Below, in pieces: positions 1 to 11,589 of a stretch of DNA of 35,044 bases. A program made the translations under genes and the position numbers. The number at the start of each line of letters is the position of its first letter. The stretch's first letter is position 1. The notes below the pieces were generated by a model that made no database searches, was not told where the DNA came from, and saw nothing but the letters and a program-made list of their open reading frames with translations. Source of the DNA: Octopus bimaculoides. Its lineage: Eukaryota. Where the stretch lies: NCBI RefSeq assembly GCF_001194135.2, contig NC_068985.1, positions 92,194,245 to 92,229,288 of the forward strand, written 5' to 3'.

Positions 1-111
1 TAGAATAGAGAAAGAAGAGCAGTATCCAACACTTGTGTATCAATTGGGTAATCTACCAGCAGTATATTGGATATATACTATCTCTTAGTTGGTTGGATTC
101 ACAACCTCTAG

Positions 112-165
<54 letters not shown>

Positions 166-614
166 GCCTTGACACGCTATTAGATTAAGATAACATATAA
201 GCACACATACAACTATAAATGTGCGATAACAGTAATATTTTAACTCAGAGAAACTATTCTTAAGCGACTTTATTAATCGTCAGACACTGGAGTCTCGGTG
301 TGATTTAGCCTCCTCCGTCACGAACACATCCACTCATTCAAAGGTAAGTGGAAACGTTCGTTCCGATATACAAATATGTATACAAAACACTCGCTGATGT
401 GGGTGTGGGACCTTGAGTCAACATTGATTAAAATAATGATGTGTATGATATATTCAGTGTATATACACACGTTGAGTAGCGCTAACTAAGGCTGTTTATA
501 AATTTCAAAAATATGAAAATACCCTAGTCAATAATTGTGAGTGAATGTATTGCCTAGAATGACTGGGCGATAAATTATGATATTTCGTTCACTGAATAAT
601 GTTTCTTTATTAGA

Positions 615-690
615 TCAAACAATTTGACTGGTAGGGCTCTGTAAAGTTCGATACAGCCGACTAGAATCTCTTGAAGCCGGTTCCCAATGA
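615..690 (-). CDS. Candidate terminal exon (for example HWEPASRDSSRLYRTLQSPTSQIV*)
   Basis: Strong acceptor ATTTATTTTCTCGTTTCCAG at 691-693. AATAAA on the minus strand at 606-611 and 269-274. Frame uncertain. Confidence 0.3.
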
Positions 691-990
691 CTGGAAACGA
701 GAAAATAAATTGTACGAAAGAGGAATATTTACACTTAAATACATGCATTCGTTCTCCGTGCGTCTCTCTTTTCACACCACTCAGATATATAACACTCAGT
801 CTCTCTTCGTATCGCTCTCCCTCCCGCTCCCCACTCTCTCTCTTTCTCTCTTTCTTTCTCTCTCTCCCTCTCTCTCTCGCTCAGTGCATTTACATATACA
901 TACATAAAAGGACACATCCTTCACACCCCTCTATACATCCTATCTCCGTACTTACAGACTCCTTATCTCGGGAAACACATGCTAAACCTT

Positions 991-1002
991 CAATTTCCTA
1001 TC

Positions 1003-1045
<43 letters not shown>

Positions 1046-1270
1046 CGCACACACTTGTGGCCACACTAACCCAATTTCTCTCTGGCGCGCTCACACACAT
1101 ATTCACACACAAACACACAGATGCGTACACCAAACACTACACACTAAACAGGTCTCTCTCCAGGTNNNNNNNNNNNNNNNNNNNNNNNNNNNNNNNNNNN
1201 NNNNNNNNNNNNNNNNNNNNNNNNNNNNNNNNNNNNNNNNNNNNNNNNNNNNNNNNNNCAATTTCCTATC

Positions 1271-1313
<43 letters not shown>

Positions 1314-1433
1314 CGCACACACTTGTGGCCACACTAACCCAATTTCTCTCTGGCGCGCTCACACACATATTCACACACAAACACACAGATGCGTACACCA
1401 AACACTACACACTAAACAGGTCTCTCTCCAGGT
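991..1433. other. Identical 175-bp sequences flanking a 93-N gap (probable assembly overlap artefact)
   Basis: 991-1165 and 1259-1433 appear identical, including the CA-run length. Confidence 0.75.
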
Positions 1434-1439
1434 CCGCCT

Positions 1440-1518
1440 CCCACTACCTCATTCTCTCTTTCTCTCCTTCTCCACATCACTCCACCTCTCTCTTTCTCTC
1501 TCCCTCCCTCTCTCTCCT

Positions 1519-1549
<31 letters not shown>

Positions 1550-1629
1550 ATCTATCTATCTATCTCTATCTATCTATCTCTTTCCTTCTCTATCCCTCTC
1601 TCTCTCCTTCTCTCTCTCCTTCTCTCTCT

Positions 1630-1666
<37 letters not shown>

Positions 1667-2392
1667 CTTTTTATAATAGCATATACACATACACACAAAA
1701 TCACATGAAAACCAATCTCTACTATATCTCATCTCTGTCTCTCTGTCTCTTACTCCTCTCTCTGTCTCTTACTCATCTCTGTCTCCCTCTCTCTTACTCC
1801 TCTCTCTCTTACTCATCCTTATCTCTCTTTTACACCTCTCTCTCTCTCTCTTACTCATCTCTATCTCTCTCTTACTCATCTCTGTCCCCCTCTCTCTTAC
1901 TCATCTCTGTCCCCCTCTCTCTTACTCCTCTCTTTGTCTCAGGTCTCTCTCTCTCTCTCATTCATCTCCCTCTCTTTATCTCTTTCTTCTTATTCACTCT
2001 TTCACTTACAATTTATCTCTTTCTTCTCGTTCAACTCTCTCTCTCCTTCAATTTCTCTTCGTCTTCTTTTGCTATCTCGCTTCATACCACTCTCGCCCTC
2101 ACTCTACATCGTCTCTCTTTATTACTCCCTGTCCCTATCTCTCCCACGCTTTCTTTCTAACCCCCCTCTATCTACAATAACTATTCCTTTCTCTTCTTAC
2201 TCTCTGTCAATGTTTGCCCGTCTCTCATTTTCTTTCCCTCCCCTACACTCTCTCCTCTCACTCTCCCCTCTCCCCATTTCTCCCCCTTCCCATCTCCCCC
2301 CTCTCTCTCCACGTTTTTCTCTCTCTCTCCACGTTTTTCTCTCTCTCTCCACGTTTCTCTCTCTCTCTTTCCTCTCTCTCTTTCTCTATCTC
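1440..2392. repeat. CT-rich low-complexity/microsatellite tract with short higher-order units
   Basis: (CT)n, (TCTA)n, TCTCTCTTACTCA repeats and CTCTCTCTCCACGTTT x3. Confidence 0.95.
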
Positions 2393-2400
2393 TTACTCAC

Positions 2401-2459
2401 GCACACTACCCACAGATCTCCATTGCGCATTTCTCCATTTCTCCGGTAACTTTTCGAAA
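2401..2459 (-). CDS. Candidate 59-nt exon in a unique-sequence island between repeats
   Basis: Minus strand reads GTGTTTTGCAG|TTTCGAAAAG...GTAGTGTGC|GTGAGT, with alternative donors nearby. Frame undetermined. Confidence 0.3.
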
Positions 2460-2720
2460 CTGCAAAACACACACACAGANNNNNNNNNNNNNNNNNNNNN
2501 NNNNNNNNNNNNNNNNNNNNNNNNNNNNNNNNNNNNNNNNNNNNNNNNNNNNNNNNNNNNNNNNNNNNNNNNNNNNNNNNNNNNNNNNNNNNNNNNNNNN
2601 NNNNNNNNNNNNNNNNNNNNNNNNNNNNNNNNNNNNNNNNNNNNNNNNNNNNNNNNNNNNNNNNNNNNNNNNNNNNNNNNNNNNNNNNNNNNNNNNNNNN
2701 NNNNNNNNNNNNNNNNNNNN

Positions 2721-2935
2721 ACACACACACATACTCACAGAAGCACACAACCACGCACATACATACAAACACACACACATACACACAGAAGCACACAACC
2801 ACGCACATACATACAAACACACACACACATACACACAGAAGTACACAACCACACACATACATACAAACACACACACATACACACAGAAGCACACAACCAC
2901 GCACATACATACAAACACGAATACACACACACACA
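2721..2935. repeat. CA-derived minisatellite, 48-50-bp unit, 4 visible copies
   Basis: AGAAG(C/T)ACACAACCAC recurs at about 2739, 2787, 2837 and 2885. It probably continues into the gap at 2480-2720. Confidence 0.85.
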
Positions 2936-2948
2936 CACACACACACAC

Positions 2949-3114
2949 CCTCCTACACTGAACCGTGGCTATGCCATCAACCATCACTATCCGTGTGTAG
3001 ACAACAATATCAAAGTTCAGCGGATTAGGGTCAAGAATCCTTGCAAATAAATCTTGCTGTCTCCGTTCTTCATATTTACAGTCCAGTGGTGTGGGCAAAG
3101 GACAGTTGCCAGTT
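2949..3114 (-). CDS. Weak candidate exon (TGNCPLPTPLDCKYEERRQQDLFARILDPNPLNFDIVVYTRIVMVDGIATVQCRR)
   Basis: Non-repetitive island with an open frame, a weak acceptor (ATCGATAG) and donor AGG|GTGTGT. No family recognised. Confidence 0.2.
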
Positions 3115-3369
3115 CTATCGATTTCAATGGGTGAGGGATGGCAGTAATATTGTCATTTGCCGATAGGCAATACGTAATGTCTTCGTTATGTATAAAATAT
3201 GGCTGCCATTATATGCTGTCTTCGTCATGTGTTTGTGTGTTTGTGTGTGCGTGTGGCGGACTGTATGCTGGAATATTCAATGTATTTCCTATGTATGTTT
3301 ATTTACTTGTGTATTCATTTATTTCTCTAATTATATTCATATATGTACGAAATGATGTGTCGTTATGAA

Positions 3370-3740
3370 TACAACATAATGCATAAACTCGCACGCACAC
3401 GCTCATATATATGTATTAATATATATATATACATAGATATACATTAATATATATTTATATATATATATATATATATTTCTATATATAAGTCTGTGTGGGG
3501 GGCTATATAATACATATAATGTGTATGCGTATACATAAACGCATGCATAATTATTTATGCATATATGCGCATACATGAATAGCATATAAGTAAATACATA
3601 TACATATTTCTGTATGTATGCATACAAATACGCGCGCACATATATACATATTTACATTCATACATGCAGACATATTATATATATATATATATATAAATAT
3701 ACGTACATACATACCCATATATATATATATGTATATATAC

Positions 3741-3771
<31 letters not shown>

Positions 3772-3980
3772 TATGCGCGTGCGAGCCTGAATATGAGCAT
3801 TCGTGTTTATATGCATAAGATATGTGTCTGTGTTAATAAATATGAGTGTATATATATACAACGTATGCATGAATATATTTGCATGAAGATATTACACACA
3901 CACATACATGCATACATACACTCACACACGCAGACACACAGATATATATATATGTGTGTGTATGTATATATATATATATA
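3370..3980. repeat. (TA)/(CA) compound microsatellite
   Basis: Directly visible; abuts gap 3981-4836. Confidence 0.95.
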
Positions 3981-5573
3981 NNNNNNNNNNNNNNNNNNNN
4001 NNNNNNNNNNNNNNNNNNNNNNNNNNNNNNNNNNNNNNNNNNNNNNNNNNNNNNNNNNNNNNNNNNNNNNNNNNNNNNNNNNNNNNNNNNNNNNNNNNNN
4101 NNNNNNNNNNNNNNNNNNNNNNNNNNNNNNNNNNNNNNNNNNNNNNNNNNNNNNNNNNNNNNNNNNNNNNNNNNNNNNNNNNNNNNNNNNNNNNNNNNNN
4201 NNNNNNNNNNNNNNNNNNNNNNNNNNNNNNNNNNNNNNNNNNNNNNNNNNNNNNNNNNNNNNNNNNNNNNNNNNNNNNNNNNNNNNNNNNNNNNNNNNNN
4301 NNNNNNNNNNNNNNNNNNNNNNNNNNNNNNNNNNNNNNNNNNNNNNNNNNNNNNNNNNNNNNNNNNNNNNNNNNNNNNNNNNNNNNNNNNNNNNNNNNNN
4401 NNNNNNNNNNNNNNNNNNNNNNNNNNNNNNNNNNNNNNNNNNNNNNNNNNNNNNNNNNNNNNNNNNNNNNNNNNNNNNNNNNNNNNNNNNNNNNNNNNNN
4501 NNNNNNNNNNNNNNNNNNNNNNNNNNNNNNNNNNNNNNNNNNNNNNNNNNNNNNNNNNNNNNNNNNNNNNNNNNNNNNNNNNNNNNNNNNNNNNNNNNNN
4601 NNNNNNNNNNNNNNNNNNNNNNNNNNNNNNNNNNNNNNNNNNNNNNNNNNNNNNNNNNNNNNNNNNNNNNNNNNNNNNNNNNNNNNNNNNNNNNNNNNNN
4701 NNNNNNNNNNNNNNNNNNNNNNNNNNNNNNNNNNNNNNNNNNNNNNNNNNNNNNNNNNNNNNNNNNNNNNNNNNNNNNNNNNNNNNNNNNNNNNNNNNNN
4801 NNNNNNNNNNNNNNNNNNNNNNNNNNNNNNNNNNNATATATATATATATATATATATAACAGTAATACGCTGGAGCAAAATTCACTCGACTGTATATAGT
4901 TTCTATCATATTACAAACCACGTCTTTTTTATTGTTGCTGTTGTTGTTGCTATTAGTAGTTCACCTTGGACTTTTGTTTGAGCAAATCGATAGCACAAAA
5001 GTAGTTAATCAAACGTAGAATTCGATTGGCATTTCAAACCGAGGCCATGTTGTCTTTGCTTATGTTTGATATTATTATTTTTTTCTCTTTTGTCTTTAGA
5101 TTTTATTTTTAGTTTTCGCTTTTTTTTTTCCACGTCAGCTTCGAACGTAACCCTAAACTAACATTTAAAACTTCAAGCAGTAGTAAATTGCCGTTCATAT
5201 TCTTGTACCATGCCTTGACAGATATAGCAAAAATAAAAAAAAAGATAGAGGGGAGAGAGAGGGGGGACGCATCAGATGCAGTAAGTAGCGTAATGATTGA
5301 GGACAGAAGCTCAGAAGCCAATAAAATTCTCGGTAAACATCAAACATAGAAACCAGTTGGCAGAACTACTTTTCGACACTAGAGTAGTGCCATGCATATA
5401 TATCTAGGATCTAGGACTTTAAGAGTCTGATGACGAATATCATTGAGGTAGCTTCCGTGACCTTCTGTGAAGATTGGAACTTTATTTTTTAGTTGGGTTT
5501 CAAGGCTGGCTTGTGTCCGAAAACAATGTCTTTTAGTTCAAATACTTGGTGGTGGCTAGCTTAAATCATGTTA

Positions 5574-5584
5574 TCATCATCATT

Positions 5585-5617
<33 letters not shown>

Positions 5618-5632
5618 GTCGTCGTCGTCGTC
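5574..5632. repeat. (ATC)n-(GTC)n microsatellite
   Basis: Directly visible. Confidence 0.95.
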
Positions 5633-6919
5633 GGTCAAAAATGAATTTTCGTTGGTCACAAATTTGTTGGCTTCCATTGACTTAGGAATGAATATAAGCA
5701 CAGACATATTACAGGTATCGACATGCACGTTTTGTAAAGCTGAATTGTCATGTGGGAAATTTTTTAATTTCTTTAAAAAAATTTCCTAACAATTTGATAG
5801 TTTTTAATATATGATTTTTAAGCTGAAGTGGGCTTTTCTTTTATTCCTGTCAGGGTAGATAATATACCAGTAATCCACTTAGCTACTCCCTCGAATTTAC
5901 TTGCCTTTCTGAAAATTTCAAACCAGTATATGTTTACAACAATTGTTTATAGATGTAAATTGAACGTGTATTTGTGAATAGATGCGAGACTATACGAATA
6001 CCTGAAATTTAACATTTTAATTTTTGAAATTGATACGGATTCATGTGATCATACCGAGCAACAGTCATTAAAATATAATAATGCATTAATTAATCAGGCA
6101 ATTACAGTGCTTTTGAATACCGAAACAGGAATGATATCACAGAGTTTAATATTTTAAACCTTCTTATCTTGCATCTTAATGAGATGTTAAATAAGACTGA
6201 TGATGCAGGAGTTCTTAATTGATTTGCAGGATTATTATCGATAAGTTTTGTGAGCAAATGGTTCTTGGTTCTTACCTGAATTTAATGTTAAGGAAAACTA
6301 TTCACATCGGTAAGTGGTGGGAATCAGAGATTCAATGTTCAATGCGTAATTACTTCAAAGTGGGTATTTTTCAAATATCTACATTAGATTTATAAAATTC
6401 TTGAGTAGAAAATCCATTAAATTTGGATATCAAAGTTTTATACGACTATAAGTGAATTAACTCGAGCTGCAAGGAATTTCATTTAAGATCACATCAAAAG
6501 GAGTTTCGTTTTATTCGTGATTTGAGCTCATAAATTCTTAAACCTAAAACCTCTTTTCACATTCAACCGAAAGTTTGAAACACTTCGTAACAAGATTCCA
6601 CCAACGATTCTGATTTCTGTTGTTTCAGGGCTGGAAAAGTTAACATTTTCGTTTTTAGTTTTAATTCAAGCAATTCTAGATTTTGTGAGGAAGAGAAATA
6701 ATAAACTGATTCACCTTTTGTGATTATGAACTTATTTCATTTGCATGGCTTGTAATAAGGGTTTAACATGTAAAATGACAAAACCGTTTTTCTTCCGCTG
6801 GTTCCCCGATAAGACTCCCTTTCATAATCCCGAAGAGTTTTACTTAATATTTCAACTCAGACTATCACAGAGGCAGCATTAATAATGATTTCAAGTTTTG
6901 ACACAAAGCCAGTATTTCG

Positions 6920-7097
6920 GTGGAGGGAGTAATTCGTTTACATCGACCCCAGTTCTCGACTGATACTTATTTCAACGACCCCGAAATATTAAAAGGTGAA
7001 GTCGACCTCGGCGGAATTTGAACTCAGTACGTAAAGACGTACAAAATGCCGCTTAGTATTTGGCCCGGCGCGGTAACGATTCTGCCAGCTCATCGCC
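6920..7097 (-). mobile_element. tRNA-derived SINE, family A (head GGCGRTGAGCTGGCAGAATCGTTA)
   Basis: Pol III A/B-box-like head and a shared AAATAAGTAYCAGT..GGGGTCGATGTA core. Similar to copies at 13610, 10243, 22147 and 26953. Confidence 0.85.
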
Positions 7098-7144
7098 TTC
7101 ACAGAACAGCATTAACAATTCTTTCTACTATAGGCACAAGGCCT

Positions 7145-7326
7145 GAAACTTAGGGGAAGAGGGAGATAATTATTTCGATCGACCCCCAATGCGTAAGTGG
7201 TACTTAATTTATCGACCCTAAACGATGAAACGCAAAGTCGACCTTGGTGGCATTTAAACTCAGAACATAGTGACAGGTGAAATACCGATGAGCGTTTTCC
7301 CCGTCGTGCTAACGATTCTGGCGCCT
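7145..7326 (-). mobile_element. SINE family A, second adjacent diverged copy
   Basis: Colinear similarity with 6920-7097. Confidence 0.8.
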
Positions 7327-7599
7327 TACGATCAGCAATAATAATGGTACACTATTTTCCTCAGTTTATATACATCTACACAACTGATTAAAACTTTCAC
7401 ACAAACATACACTCTCAAATACACTCACACACATACACACTCATATAATTTCACATTATATAAAATGTGATGTCATAGTCGTCGTCGTCGTGATATAAAA
7501 TCTCCTTTACAATAGCTGGCTTTAGGAAGATTATTTTAGATAAAATGTTATATTGTTTAAATCGAAATGAAGATCAAAATTACATGTTGACACTCCCGG

Positions 7600-7710
7600 T
7601 GTCTAATACTATTACCTTGTAAAGTTTGAGTTCATTTGGTCGAGCCGTTTGAGAATACGTAGGGAAAAGACAAACAGACAGACAAAGAATTTTATATTGT
7701 GAGAGATAAT
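7600..7710 (+). mobile_element. Helitron/DINE-like 3' fragment
   Basis: AAAGTTTGAGTTCATTTGGTCGAGCCGTTTGAGA..CAAACAGACAGACAAAGAATTTTATATT resembles non-autonomous Helitron 3' ends. Confidence 0.4.
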
Positions 7711-7733
7711 ACTAACATCACTTTCCGAGTGGT

Positions 7734-7803
<70 letters not shown>
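7734..7803. repeat. (CA)n microsatellite
   Basis: Directly visible. Confidence 0.97.
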
Positions 7804-7804
<1 letters not shown>

Positions 7805-7955
7805 ATATAAGCTAATTGAGTCTTTATATTAAATTTTAAAAAGTAGGAACACATTTTTTATTGAGTTTGAAGACTTTTATCTGATATATTAATTAATACC
7901 TTTAGGTTAATTTCGTAATTAAACTAATGTTTACTCACACTTTATAGCTATACTA

Positions 7956-8150
7956 TTAATTCTTTCGTTACTGTTTTTTTCCGCTGAAGTACACTGTCTT
8001 TGTTTCAATTAATTTTGATATTAATGAAGAATATAGTAAAATAACTTTGTCTCTATTAAAATGTTGTTTGGAACATAAATTAAAAATATGTTAATGGAAG
8101 GTTTTGATTTAAATCAATTTAAAACAGAAAGCTTGTAACATAGAACCAGA
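7956..8150. mobile_element. Probable TTAA-type (piggyBac-like) MITE fragment
   Basis: Starts TTAA-TTCTTTCGTTACTG and resembles an abundant octopus TTAACCCTTT element as I recall it. The right end is missing. Confidence 0.4.
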
Positions 8151-8974
8151 CTAGTCTAATCTTCCACTTTAGGTGAGGTGTAAACTTTTAGGTCAAACTA
8201 CAGTAGTATTCGCCATGTTATGGAACTTATTTTTATCTAATAATTCTTATTGTTTGAGGAGGGGCTGTTATAGTGTGCTTGCTTTAATGTTGTAATATGT
8301 TCTTTTAGCCAGATGCAACCCCTAAATAAAGTATGTCAAGGGATTTTATTATTCAAATGGGAGACACTGGAGATGGTGGGAACTTGATATCTCGTTACCC
8401 AAAGGACATAATAAAAACTGACTATGGCATGTCACTGTTTTTATAGGCGTTAAACACAAATGGGGACTTCGAATAGAATCTGCAAATATAATGTATAAAG
8501 ATTTAAAGAAAAGCGCCACGTGTTATTGTTATCAGTTCTGAAGTTCTTAATCTCTTCGTATTTTCGTTATTCCTTTTCGGTAACTCAAGAAGTTGATATT
8601 AAGATTAATCATTATATAAAATATATTGTTTCACTAGCATATGTGCGGCGTCTTATTAGATGTTTTAATATGTATTTTATTGTTTGTTTGTTTGTTTTTT
8701 TTGTTTTTTTATGGAGTGTTCATGAGAGACTATACCCGTGGCCTTCGCAGATACACAGAGACTGCTGAGATTCATGCGGTTAACGTTCGAAGTTAACATT
8801 AAGTCAATGTTTGCAGGAAAAGTGTGAGCAAGAAAAATATTCCGGAGAGCTACACCACCGTTCTGATGTGACAGTATTGCATGTAGTGGTTTGTGTAGGG
8901 CTCGGATGTGGATGCAGGAGATGAATGGAGGAAATATGAATGAGTTGGAAGCATCTAACAGACGCATGAGTGAC

Positions 8975-9025
8975 TGTGATAAGTAGCTTGCTTACCAGCC
9001 ACAAGGTTGCGGGTTCAGTTCCACA
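8975..9025 (+). mobile_element. SINE family B head fragment
   Basis: AGCTTGCTTACCAGCCACAAGGTTGCGGGTTCAGTTCCAC matches the 11063 head. Confidence 0.6.
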
Positions 9026-9796
9026 AATAGAAGGAAGAATGACAAAGTGTGTGACGTTGTTGGTTTGGATTTTTAGCATCCAGAAAGAGATTGGTATTTT
9101 GACGTGCATGTGTGACTGATGCTGAGTTTTGTGATGTGGAAACGGATAAATTCGGAAGAAATTTACTAAGAATGTACAGTGTGGAGTTGGACGTAAACTT
9201 GGCTAGGAACGTTAAGATTTTTTCATTTCCGGCGAAATGCTTATAGAACCATCAATAGCTGAGAAGTAGAAGAAAGGCAGATTCTGCAAAATTGGTAGAG
9301 ATTCTTTGCCAAAAGGATCAAAAGGATTACAATAGTTTAGAAGACATAATAATTTATGAATTGTGTGATACACAAAAGCATTCTTCGGTGTTCAAATGGT
9401 GGTCTTGTAGGAGTTAGGAATAAAACCATTTAAGTTTTAGAGGTCCTTGGTACTCTCACTGTCTTGTAGACTAATTTTTATTTGTTTTTTGGGGGGTGAT
9501 TAGGAGAGGGGGTTGTGTTGCTTTGTTTTGTTTTGTTTCGGTCTTTCTTTTCTTTTTCTGTGTTCTTTTATTTATGCTTGAAATGCTGCAGAGCAGATAT
9601 GAGTCGTTCGTTTGGAGGAATTGTGGCTGCGAGTTTTTGTGTGGGAGATGAGGAAGATGTCCAGCTCTTCGAGGTTGGTAGGAAAGAAGTACGTGTACTG
9701 CCATGGATTAATCATCGTAGAACTGGTAGAGTTTCTGCCAATCGGCTGGTTTCATGTGCCATAGTGCCAGGATGTGGAGAGAGTTTCATAGTAATT

Positions 9797-10080
9797 GGAT
9801 GGATGGATGGATGGATGGACGGATGGACGGATGGACGGACGGACGGACGGATAGATGGATGGATAGACGGAAGGATTGATCGATTGATCGATACACAGAT
9901 GCACAGATGGATGGATGGATGGATGGATGGATGGATGCATGCATACGTGTATAGGTGGATGGACGGATGGATGGATGGTTGGATGGACGGATAGAAGGAG
10001 GCAGGTATGTATGTATGGATGGATGGATGGATGGATGGGATGGGATGGGATGGGTTGGGTTGGGTTGGGTTGGGTTAGGA
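9797..10080. repeat. (GGAT)n/(GGGTT)n microsatellite inside the LINE
   Basis: Directly visible. Confidence 0.95.
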
Positions 10081-10242
10081 TGGCATGAGATGGTTAGTCA
10101 TCATAAGTCAGTGGTTGGAAGAATCAATAAGTGGCCGACGTTGATCTTGGGGTAGGGATTGACACCAAGTGTGTTCAGAATATCTGTGTATTTGTCAGAG
10201 ATGGTTGTGGAAGATGAATTTAGCTGAGTCATTTACTCAAAG

Positions 10243-10470
10243 AAGGTAGATTGGCAGAATCGTTAACGCGTCGGCCAAATTGCTTTGCGGTGTTTGTTTC
10301 GGCACTTTGCGTTCAGGGTTCAAATCCTATTGTGGTCAACATGGCCTATCATCTTTCCGGAACCGATACAATGAAATTAGCAGTCATGCTCTGGGGTCGA
10401 TGGTATCAACTAACCCCGAACCACTTTCCCTCAAAATTGGAGGCCTTAATTAGAAACAATCATTAAAATA
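10243..10470 (+). mobile_element. SINE family A
   Basis: TTGGCAGAATCGTTAACGCG head, GGTTCAAATCC B box, CTGGGGTCGATG core and an A-rich tail. Confidence 0.85.
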
Positions 10471-10543
10471 ATAAAAATAATTTTGCGCCACCAAAGAATC
10501 TTCCTTTGTATTCTTGTCAGTAAATCTCATAAATTTCCATTTA

Positions 10544-10915
10544 GTCATGTGACGTCAGAGATCCCAACGCAGTTGTGAGTTCCAATGGAGCATTGTTGTT
10601 GTTGCTGTTGTTGTTCTTGTTTTTGTTGCTACTGCTGTTGCTGCAATTGTTGTTATTGGTTAACCACAAAAAACCTCTTCATCGAACACACAATATAGTC
10701 ATACGTGACGTCAGAGATCCCGACGTGGTTGTGCGTTCTAACAGAATGTTGTTTTTTCTGCTGTTCTTGTGTTGCTGTTGGTGTTTTTGCAGTTGTTCTT
10801 GCTGCTGCTGCTGCTGCTGCTGCTGTTGCTCCTGTTGTTTCTGCTGTTGTTTCTGCTGTTGTTTCTGCTGTTGCTAGTTAACCCCAAACGAACCTTCATC
10901 GAACACACCAATACT
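10544..10915. repeat. Two-copy tandem duplication (period 156 bp at the start) with internal CTG/TTG trinucleotide tracts
   Basis: GTGACGTCAGAGATCCC at 10549 and 10705. GTTAACC...CTTCATCGAACACAC closes each unit. Confidence 0.85.
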
Positions 10916-10979
10916 CGATAGGACCCAGGCTGAAGCTAGCGCTTCTTGTTAACGACGTCTCTAACTACATTATGAAATG

Positions 10980-11132
10980 CACCGGTTCTCAGCCAAGGTC
11001 CGTATGTCCCTTAGGGGACTTATAAGATTTTGTCATTAAAATTTATTTCCAATAAATTGTTGTTGCTTCCCAACAACATGGTTCCGGGTTCAGTTCCACT
11101 GCGTGGCGCCTTAGGCAGAAAAAAACCTGTCA

Positions 11133-11188
<56 letters not shown>

Positions 11189-11540
11189 TGTCTTTGTCCC
11201 TCCAACGTCCCTTGACAACCGATCTTGGTGTGTTTCTGTCCCTGAAACATAGCGGTTTGGCGAAAGAGACCGATAGAATAAGTATTAGATTTACAAAGAA
11301 TAATTCCTGTGGTCGATTTCTTCGACCAAAGGTGGTGGTCCAGCATGGCCGCAGTCAAATGACTGAAACAAGTAAAAGAATAAAAGAACTCAAGAATACT
11401 TTTGTACAATACAACAAAATAGTTTAACATGTTTTTATACAAGATTTTTAAACATTGAATGACTATGAGGGCCCACCCGAGTAAAATAGGGGTAAAAAGG
11501 GGTCCATAAATAATTTTTTTTAAATGCCTGAGAACCACTG
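10980..11540. mobile_element. Non-autonomous hAT-like DNA transposon (MITE)
   Basis: TIRs CACCGGTTCTCAG (10980-10992) and CTGAGAACCACTG (11528-11540) match at 11 of 13 positions. The 8-bp flanks ATGAAATG and ACCTAATG match 5 of 8 (degenerate TSD). Confidence 0.7.
11063..11388 (+). mobile_element. SINE family B with internal (TG)n, nested inside a hAT-like MITE
   Basis: TTGCTTCCCAACAACATGGTTCCGGGTTCAGTTCCAC head and CAGCATGGCCGCAGTC..GACTGAAACAAGTAAAAGAATAAAAGAA tail, shared with 25915-26272. Confidence 0.85.
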
Positions 11541-11589
11541 ACCTAATGCATCCTCCTAGATTTATTTAATCGAAGAATATAAGAGAGAG

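Larger units (their letters stand above)
8770..10245 (-). mobile_element. Fragmented CR1-like LINE (APE endonuclease end, linker, RT 3' end)
   Basis: Degenerate minus-strand peptides: MTQLNSSSTTISDKYTDILNTL (APE C-terminus, about 10100-10240), [14 protein letters not shown] (about 9700-9770) and PYTNHYMQ...AHTFPANIDL..SNVNRMNL (3' end, about 8770-8900). Interrupted by (GGAT)n and SINE pieces. Confidence 0.7.

Noticed and set aside
991-1433. 175-bp direct repeat as a biological duplication or LTR pair
   Set aside because: Identical copies sit exactly either side of a 93-N gap, typical of an unmerged contig overlap.
687-4981. Long ORFs such as 979-2160, 687-1337 and 3793-4899
   Set aside because: They are translations of CT/CA/TA microsatellites and N gaps (HT, SL, YI, X runs), with no coding signature.
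5630-6760. AT-rich non-microsatellite block resembling a DNA transposon interior, with a CAG|GTAAGA donor near 6277
   Set aside because: No TIR/TSD or peptide motif could be identified, and candidate exons have stops in all frames.
10544-10915. CRISPR-like repeat-spacer array
   Set aside because: There are only two units, the spacers are trinucleotide tracts, the context is eukaryotic, and no cas genes are present.
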